From the human T2T-CHM13v2.0 reference genome, Homo sapiens, in the NCBI RefSeq assembly GCF_009914755.1, contig NC_060932.1: a stretch of DNA of 64,000 nt; one strand, 5' to 3'. A program made the translations under genes and the position numbers. Below, one piece after another: positions 54,325 through 64,000 of this stretch. Numbering within the stretch: the stretch's first letter is position 1; each line of letters begins with the position of its first letter. Under the pieces are notes generated by a model that ran no database searches, was not told the origin of the DNA, and worked only from the letters and a program-made list of their open reading frames with translations.

Positions 54325-54478
54325 CTTCTGAGTGTCTATTGGGCATATAAATCACTTGAGAATCTTGCTGAAATGAAAATTTTGAGACAGAAAATCTGTA
54401 CTGGAGTCCTGGATTCTGCATTTAAAATAATGCAGATGCCAATACTACTGTTCCAGAGCACACATTTAAGTAGTAAAC
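54325..54478. mobile_element. MER5A-type hAT-Charlie MITE
   Basis: aatcacttgagaatcttgctgaaatg...ggattctgcatttaaaa...ttccagagcacacatttaagtag. Confidence 0.65.
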
Positions 54479-54499
54479 CTCTAAGAGGCTTTAATGGTG

Positions 54500-54975
54500 G
54501 AGGAAGGATCAACTGAAACTGAAAAGGCAGAAAGCTCTTGAAGAAGATGGTTACATGTGATCTATATATTAAACAACCAGGAGTAGGTTGTCTTATACGG
54601 AACAGGGGCAAGGGCATTGCAAAACGCAAAGATATGTGCTAATACAATGACCTGAATTGCAATGTGTTGAAACTGAGGAGTCCAGAGTGAGTGGGAAGAG
54701 GATGATATATTAATAGATGATTGTACCTTTGCAGGCCAGGTTAAAGAGCATAAACTTAACCCTAGTCAATGGAGAACCAGAGTTGTGTTAAGCACAGTGG
54801 CCTTGTGTCAAGGGAAGATCTATCAGTTGAACTTTGTTGAGCAAATATTCAGGGAGTGCCTGCTAGGTACTAAGTACTATTCTATTCACTCATGAAGCAC
54901 TAGTAAAAAAAAAAATAAAATAAAGTCTCTATTATTCCAGCCTTGCATGGTAGTGGGAAGACAGTTTTAGGAAAG
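54500..54975 (-). mobile_element. L2 LINE relics
   Basis: gagcaaatattcagggagtgcctgctaggtactaagtactattcta...ggtagtgggaagacag (L2 3' end). Confidence 0.5.
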
Positions 54976-56679
54976 CAAATAATCTTAGTAGGAGGACAGG
55001 TACCAAAAAAGAGGGTGAATTCAATATGCTGATGGGATCAGAGTATTTAACATCATGAGAAAATATACATGGATTATTATTATATTAAATGTAAAAAGTA
55101 CACTTAGAACTTTGGGTTAAATACAAAAATATTAAACACATATTGGCCACTGCTTCTCTTAACTATACTACAGTGAAAGTATCATGAAAAAAATTGAGGG
55201 GAAGTGAATAATTCCACATATACCAAAAAGCAAAATAAAATTTAACAAAGGAGAGAAGACAACAGCAGAAATATAGGCAGCTGCTAACTCTAAGCAGATG
55301 GGTGGGTACTAACTTAGCCGACCAGAGCATTGAAATCGTGGCCTACAGTGGGATCACAGAAGATCACCAAGAAGCAAGATGAATTACCCTGCACCACCTC
55401 AGTATGACTCAGGAATTTGGAAGCATAGAGCATTTCTCAAGATGGGGATGTTTAAATAAAAGACTTTGTTGAATATCTGAATAAGGAACAAATTAGACGA
55501 GTAAAGCCTTCCCCCTATCCAATTTAACCAAGTGATTACTCATTCCTATCATGGTAGAAGATGAAAAGTTGAAGACACAGTTATCTGGAAAAGACAACTG
55601 TCGATCCCTGGATGCCACATACAACTAAAGCATGAAAACCAGAAAGTTAAATGAAAGTCTACACACGAATGGTTAGACTCTTTTTCCCATCCTACTGGCC
55701 TCTATTCTCCCATTCAGCTTTGAGAACAGTAGCAGTCAGACCACATGTGAGAGTAATCATTCTTCTTTGGGAAACTAATGAGATCAAAGAAAAAGAAGAA
55801 ACCCATAAACACCTACTCTATAGGTGCTCTATAGAGAGGACCTCCAAAGAAGCTGGCCCCCCCTACACACAAAATAGAACTTTCTTCCAACTATTTGGTT
55901 CCTTTCTTTTAAATACAGCTAAGTAAGGCTTAAAAAAATTTTATAAAATCAAAGGCAGAAATTGTTAACAAAGAAACAGAGGAAATTAGAGCAAAGAGAA
56001 AACAAGGTAAGATAGAAAACAAAACAATAACAACAACCAACACCCATGTCATCAGAGACTTGGGAGAAAAACATATTTCTCATAGTCAATAGAATGTTTG
56101 GAAGTTAAAATGCAATGATTTTCCAGAAAATAGGACAAAATGGCAAAGAGAGGAAAAATATTATAGGAAAGATAAGAAAGAATCTTGAAGGAATGTCAGA
56201 AACAGCAGACAAAATACAGAGGAGGAAAATTATCAGATATAATTTCACAAAGATTTTTCCAGAAGAGATAGACATAAATCTATAGATGGAAGAAGCCCAT
56301 AAAATGTCCAGAGCAGTGGGAGGAAAACGACTCATGTCAACACACATATTTGTCTTTTAGAATTTCAAAATAATGGGGGCCAAACAAGAGCCAGAATGTG
56401 TCTAGAGAAAAAAACAAATACACAACCATATATCACTTGAGCCAAGAATCTGCTAGCATTAACATTTTTAATAACATTATAATAAGCTAGAAGAAAATGG
56501 AATACTGTCTCCTGAATTCTGAAGGAAAATTATCTCTGACTTGGAATTCAATTTAGACAAACTGCCATTCAATGTGAACAATGACATTTTTGGAATGGCG
56601 AGGTATTAACACCACTTCTCAACGTTGCCTTATTTCTTAGACAACTCCTGGAACGCATGCCCTAACAAAGCATGCCCTA

Positions 56680-57097
<418 letters not shown>

Positions 57098-57344
57098 TTA
57101 AAAAGTGACAGCCATCCCACAGACCCACAGGCAGAGTTCTGATGGGAGCTAGAGGAAAGTAGAACACAAGGGTGAGATCTCCACAAAAAAACAAAACAGA
57201 TAAATCCATTTGCACAAATCAATAAGAAGTGTACACTTCTGGTGAAGTTTGTGGATAAATCGGTCATAAATTCTTAGGATATTAAGCAAATGAAAAGACA
57301 AAGGAATCAACTCTAGGGCAAACCAGATTATTATAAAAAGTTGA

Positions 57345-57607
57345 ATATAACCAACAGGTACAAAGTTACATTTAAACAGGAGGAATTTAGTTCTATTGCA
57401 CAGTAGGGTGACTATAGTTAACAATAATGTATTGTACAATTAAAAATAGCTAGGAGAGAGGATTCTGCATCTTATTGCTACAAAGAAATGATAAATGTTT
57501 GAGGTGATATATCTGCTAATTACTCTGATTTGACTGTTACACAATGTATCAAAACGTCACATTGTATCCCATAAATATGTACAATTATTGCATCAGTGAA
57601 AAAAAAA
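57345..57607 (+). mobile_element. L1MA 3' end fragment
   Basis: ttctattgcacagtagggtgactatagttaacaataatgtattgta...aaagaaatgataaatgtttgaggtgat...cccataaatatgtacaattat. Confidence 0.88.
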
Positions 57608-58140
57608 CATGTGTATAATCATTGAATACTACATGGCTGATCTCTGCATGTTATATACATAATTATAATAACAGAAACAGATTGATTTCCACCAAATATG
57701 TGAAAATACGAGTTAGAATAATGTAGGAAGTAAGAGAGCTAACTCCTTATTTTCAATTTTAAGAAATTAAATGATAACCTCTAAAGAAAAAAATAATAAG
57801 TAACACCTGTATTAGCAAACTATTTAGAAGCATGAAGTTAAACACCAAAGCAAACAGAAAAGAATGGAAAGTGGCTAATGCTGAGTAATGCAGGTGCTTT
57901 TCACCATAAGTCATTTGAAGTGTGAAATTATGGTGCATTTACTACTTTGAAAATAATAATAGTAAAATATTTTAAAAGTCAAAAGTATAATAAAAAGGGA
58001 GATATGCTAGAGTCCTTCGAGCTGGGAAGGAGGAAAGACTTCACCATTTCGATTGGGTAAGCAGAACAGCTTTCTTTAAGGGACATGGCCCTTGATCAAC
58101 ATAAAAGATGAGAAGGACCAGGTCTGTCAAAACTGAGACA

Positions 58141-58295
58141 GGGCTTGGTGTCATGGCCCGTGCCGTAGTTCCAGCTACTTGAGAGGCTGAGGCAGGACAA
58201 TCGCTTGAGCCAAGGAGTTCGAGATCATCATAGGCAGCATAATAGCAAGACCCTGTGTCAAAAAAAAAAAAAAAAAAAAAGAAAAAGAAAGAAAG
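58141..58295 (+). mobile_element. FLAM/FAM free Alu monomer
   Basis: Single monomer: gtagttccagctacttgagaggctgaggcaggacaatcgcttgagccaaggagttcgag..., then poly(A). Confidence 0.85.
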
Positions 58296-58439
58296 GAAGA
58301 TAAAAATTGATTAATTTTAAAAGAAAGAAAGACACTGAAGTTTGTAGTACCAGCTAAATGCAGATACCATGGCAAGAAAGAGATTGTGTTGTAGGTGGAG
58401 AAAAAAGAATGCCCAAGTGAAGCTCACTAAGGAGCAGGA

Positions 58440-58930
58440 AGAGTGATTCTAGATGAGTTTCGTTGCTCATTTTAAGGAATTTTATCTGAAAAGCAGAAGG
58501 AAACTATCAAAGGACTTAAAGCTAACTGGGTGATAAACCAGATTTTTTTATTATTATTATTAAGAGAAAGATTCTGGAAGCATGAAGAGGAAGCTCTTGT
58601 TTTAGGTCAGAGAGCATGGTGTCTAGACCAGACCAGGTGGATGTTAATGTAGAAGAGTAGTCAGATTCCAGTTCTATTTTGGAGGCTGGAATTTCTGATG
58701 AAATTGCAGAGGAAGCACAATTTAAGAAAAAAAAAAAAAAAAGAGGAGGGCTGAAACTGAGGGCATTATAGGAACAGCAAGAATGTCCAGATTCAAAAGA
58801 CAGTTTGGAAAGAGAATTTATAGGACCTGGTGACTAATATGATACTGAGAATAAATGGAAAAGTAGTGGGTGACACAGGTTTCTAACTTGGGATCCTGGC
58901 AGGAGTGAGGCTATTGCCTTTTCTTGAAAT
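58440..58930 (-). mobile_element. L2 LINE relics
   Basis: ttttaaggaattttatctgaaaagcagaaggaaactatcaaaggacttaaag; gagtagtcagattccagttctattttggagg; gacacaggtttctaacttggg. Confidence 0.5.
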
Positions 58931-59178
58931 ACTGGAAATTTGAAAGGCATTTTCTTAATGTCAGTTATTTCACCAGGCATATTTTGATACCAGTAAGCAC
59001 TGAAACCACACAGTGATTTTTGGAATCATTCTACAGCTTTTAAAGGAGATCTGTCAGAAACTATTTTGTCTTAAATTTGGTATCCTTAAATTAAATTAAA
59101 GTGTCCAGGTTGTTAAAATATTATTTAGTATTTGGACGGTTATTCTTTTTGTTCCTCAGGCTCATGAAATAAAAATCA

Positions 59179-59484
<306 letters not shown>

Positions 59485-60139
59485 TCAGCTTAAAATTTTT
59501 TTTTCTTAACACACTTATTCTAGTTGTGTATACTTTCTTAGTAATTCTCTAAATCCCCTTTTTTACTCAGTTCTTCTCTGTTGCAGCCTACTTGTCCCAA
59601 CACATTGCAAGATATTGCTCTCCAGTTCTTATATTCTCTTTCTTCATTTTCCTCTTTAATGGGGACTGTCTGTAATAGACAATTTACTTTACTGTTGAAT
59701 CAACCATTGTTTGGCTATTGTATGCTCGTACAGAAGGCTATAATTGTTCATTAAGTTCTTGATGGTGAGTTTTAAGTAAAACATTTTTCTCTGTAACCTT
59801 GAAAAGTGTTCTTGGAAAATTGCCTCTGTGTGTAGGTATGCGTATTTTAATTTGTCTATTTTTATTGTCTGCTATATTTATTAGACACTGTTTGCAGAGT
59901 ACACAAAGGCCTGTGTTTGTTAGGCATCATTGCTCTTATGCAGTGTGTCCTAAGGAGAAAAGCTAAAGACTTTCAGCTCTGAAATTCTGTTTCTCTCATG
60001 TGAACAATTTTTCTTTCTAAAACACTCTTCCACTTTTTTTTCACCAAATTGTAACACTTTTGAGAGATAAGTAGACGTTGAAAGTAAAATTTAGGTCTTG
60101 TGAAAATCAAACACTTAACTGACTGAAGCACCCAGCTGC

Positions 60140-60265
60140 TTCATTCAATTGTTTGTTTATTGCATCATTTATTTGTACATGGATTTATTGTGTACTTGCT
60201 CCATGCCAGATGCTGAGTTATCATCTGAATATACGACAATATGTTACATGATTTCTGCCTTGGGA
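60140..60265 (-). mobile_element. L2 3' end relic
   Basis: ttcattca...gatttattgtgtacttgctccatgccagatgctgag. Confidence 0.55.
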
Positions 60266-62121
60266 CACTATCCCTATTTTATTCTTAATCCTTTTTTACC
60301 TTTGAGTATTTAGGATTTAGGGTATAAAATGACTTACTTGGTTTGTCTTTTAAATTATGTTTTCAAGTTTCTCTTTCTGTTATGTGATGATTTGGCATCT
60401 GACAATTATGTGACTTTATCATCATGTCAAGTGGTTTTATTAATATAAACACAGGTAATATTTATACTGTAATTCTGTTAGATTATGGATTCTTAAGAAA
60501 CAAATCCATGCCATTTAACCCTTCATAATTTGTAGAATGGCCTGCGGTTGTGGATTTATTTGCATACTGATTTTGATTTTATTTTTCTTCATCCTCTATG
60601 GCTCTACGGTTGCTATTGTTAACATTTGACTGTAGCATAAATATGCCATACATAATTTATAAATATGAAACATATAAAAGTACCACCTTTCCCTAAAAAC
60701 TCCTTTTGGTGTCACTGCATGCAGCATCAAATAATTCTCTGAGCACATAGCTTATACTGCTTTTAGAATAAATGCTCTAAAATTAGAAAAAAACAATTGG
60801 TTTTTATTTAACTTCCATAGAGTCCAGTAAGAATAGAACAGAAAGAACTTGATAACAATTTCTTATAAGTATCATTTGTATCTTTAAGAAATACTTTGCT
60901 TATAAGTATTGATTTCTTTGAATAGCTTCTGAATTTTTTTTTTTTGCTATGTTGTAGAAACTTCAGTTGAAATGTTATATTTCATTGGCTTAAATAATAT
61001 CGTTTTTGAATAATGTTAATTATTAGGTGAAAGTTACCACTGATTATATAGAGAAAATACTATAATTAATTCATATATTTATTATTTTATTAATGCTGAT
61101 TGACATTATTTGTCTTATTAGTGGCTAAAGAGTAAACAAATTATTTTAAAATTTATTTTGTAATGGAATCATGCAAAAATTTCTTTTTCAAGTGTTCTTA
61201 TCCAGGCAAGAGCGTATAGTGTTTTAGAGGCTTGCTGAAATATCTCGCAGTGGGTGGAGAAAGAATAATTATTGAATCTATATGGCGAAGAGTTGAGTTT
61301 TTAAGTTGAGTGTTGAATCCACAGCTTATAACAATGATTTAGTCAGAAATATTCTGAGTTATGTGTGCTTAGAGGAATAATGAATAGAACTGATGGCATT
61401 TAACTAGGCCATGCAGATCCACTCAGTTCTCTCACAGCAACATTTGTGTTGGAGAAATCCTAGATTCACTGAAGCTGGACATGGGTGAGGAAAGATATTA
61501 TAAGAATGACAGCGTTTCAGGTTCTTGAAACTATTTTGGTGCTAGTAAAAAGTTTCAAGAAAGACAGCTGCTTTATACATTGCTGTGTCACTAGTACCTT
61601 ACATATAGTAAGTGTTTGATGAATACTATTTAAATGAGTATAAAAGGAACTTTCAGAAGGCTCGTTTACCATCAGTCCCTCTTCTTACGCTCTACTATTA
61701 TATTAAGACTTTTAGACAATCGAACTACATAAGTACTGTTATATACCATTCTAAACCTCAATTCTAAACTAATGCCAAATTAAAATATGAAACATAAAAC
61801 TTACATTTATACTGAAGTTCAAAAAAGAACATTTATCTTTATATTTCTCACTGCAAAATTCTAGGTAAGATAATCAAAGCTTATATTTTACCGAAGTTGG
61901 TGTGTCCATAACTGGTTGTTGTTCTTCTCTTCCTGTCTGTAATTTGGAGTCTTCCAAATTTTAGAAGTAATGCTTGTTTTCAAAGTTGTGCTTTACACTT
62001 TAAAATATTTTTTCTTATTCTAAAATATTTTTAATTTTAATAAAAATTATTTCAATCTAAGCTTTAAAAATTTCTTGAATTATTTAAAGCACAGGCTTAC
62101 AATTTTAAAAAAGTAGTTTAA

Positions 62122-62427
<306 letters not shown>

Positions 62428-63481
62428 CATTTTAAACTTTTCTTTCACATGTTTCAGATGATCTCTTCAAATGACTGGACAAAACCCCAGAAACCAAGTA
62501 TAGCATATAAGTAAGTAAGGTTGACTTTTTAGTTAGAGAAAATTGAATTGGCCTACAAAAGACAGTGAGAAACAATGAAATTATTATATGAGAGATGTAT
62601 GCATTTATATTGGTTGCCTGCATGCTCTCCTCCATGAAACTTCTTTCAAAGAGAAGGAAAGGTAAATGCTAGGAACAGGTGGCATCACCAGATACTTTTA
62701 GGAGCCAGCTCACGTGATGTCTTGGCCTTTATGTTATAGGTAGGTAAACAAACTATATTGGAGGAAATGAGTTGAGAGAAGGAAAACAAAGATAAGTAAA
62801 TCTTGATACCATATTTTTTCAGTTTCAGTGATAAATTTATGGGGATAAATATATAAGTTGAGAAGAAATCAAAACACTTCCAACTGGTTTTCAAATTAGA
62901 ATTCATCATGAAGCCCAGTTCTTCAGAAGTGCTTCTGAAATGAGAAAAAAAATGACAAAATTATTCATTTTGTAGTAGAGAATGGATAAACCATGGATCA
63001 TCTGTGCATATATCAAATGGTGTATATATTACATTGTCTGTATATTATAAGAACACAAAATATAAATTGATATGAGAGTTTTTCTGAAAATTGGCTAACC
63101 ATGTTAATGGATCTCTGAACTCTTATTATTACTATATTTAACAATTTACCCTATATTATTATATTTGGACAAAGTAAGTTCAAAGCAGTAGAACTGACTG
63201 TCAGAATTCTAACATTTTATACAGTGTGTCACAATTGCTCTCAGGAAAGCAATGCAGGGTTTTGACAATATGACTTAAATTTACCTGCCCTTTTCCCCAT
63301 CAATATCACACATGTGAAGGTCAAGGAAGCCCAGGAGCTCCAGGGGGGTTATAAAATTGTCCACAGCAACTCAAATATATGAAGATTAAAATGATGAGGA
63401 AACTAATATGATTTCCATGTGAAAGAGTAAGTGGGATAACATGAAAAATCAAAAGACCCCAAAATGTTGAGGATGAGAGTA

Positions 63482-64000
63482 CAGGTTAAGTGTCATTTAT
63501 CTGAAATGCTTGGGCTCAGAAGTGTTTCAAATTATTGATTTTTTTCTTCAGATTCTGGAATATTTGCACCTATATAATGAAATATCTTGGAGGTGGGACC
63601 CAAGTCTGAACACAAAATTTATTAGTTTTACATACACATCATACACATAGCCTGAAGGTAAAATTATACGACATTTTAAAATAATTTGGTGCATGAAACA
63701 AAGTTTTTATGCTTTAAACCACCAGAAAGCAACGGTGTCACTATCTCAGGGCCCCATGTGGACAATGTGTGTTTATTCAACACCACCATCATTCTTGACT
63801 CTAAATTTACATACTACCCATAAGAAATCATTTTCTTGCGCTTATTCACTCAAAATTACTTAACAGTGAAAAATAGGACACACCATTAAAACAGTGAAGA
63901 AATAATGTGTTTAGGGTAACCAGGCCACACAATAACATGACCAGAATACCTGGATCAACTGTTAAACTGCAGCAACAAACAATGGCAGGTTTTCAGTCTC
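63482..64000 (-). mobile_element. Tigger4 (Zombi) DNA transposon, continuing past the window end
   Basis: TA|CAGGTTAAGTGTCATTTATCTGAAATGCTTGGGCTCAGAAGTG TIR region; gggacccaagtctgaacacaaaattt; acagtgaaaaata...cagcaacaaacaatggcagg. Confidence 0.88.

Overview
AT-rich primate (human-like) genomic DNA that is non-coding: intergenic or deep intronic. I found no credible protein-coding gene. Nearly all ORFs in the track come from Alu, L1, MaLR, Tigger or low-complexity sequence. Well over half the window is interspersed repeats, including several nested insertions with recognisable target-site duplications (TSDs). The main ones are: a retroposed U13 (SNORD13) snoRNA copy near 0.5 kb; a MER31-type ERV1 remnant carrying Tigger1, Alu, MER50 and MER21 insertions (9.8-16.1 kb); an L1MA carrying an MST LTR (23.2-26.6 kb); a full-length L1PA10-12-like element carrying a complete antisense THE1 provirus, itself inside older L1s (30-43.7 kb); HAL1, Tigger2a, Tigger4, about ten Alu/FLAM copies, and MIR/L2 relics. 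The most interesting signals outside recognised repeats are a perfect 22-bp-arm palindrome at 46.8 kb, a perfect 37-bp tandem repeat of hairpins at 51.5 kb, and motif-dense repeat-free segments at 17.9-18.2 kb and 52.1-52.9 kb that look like enhancers. Both THE1 LTRs also carry a DUX4-type motif. I do not see a novel multi-gene system. Repeat subfamily names come from remembered consensus sequences and need RepeatMasker/Dfam confirmation.
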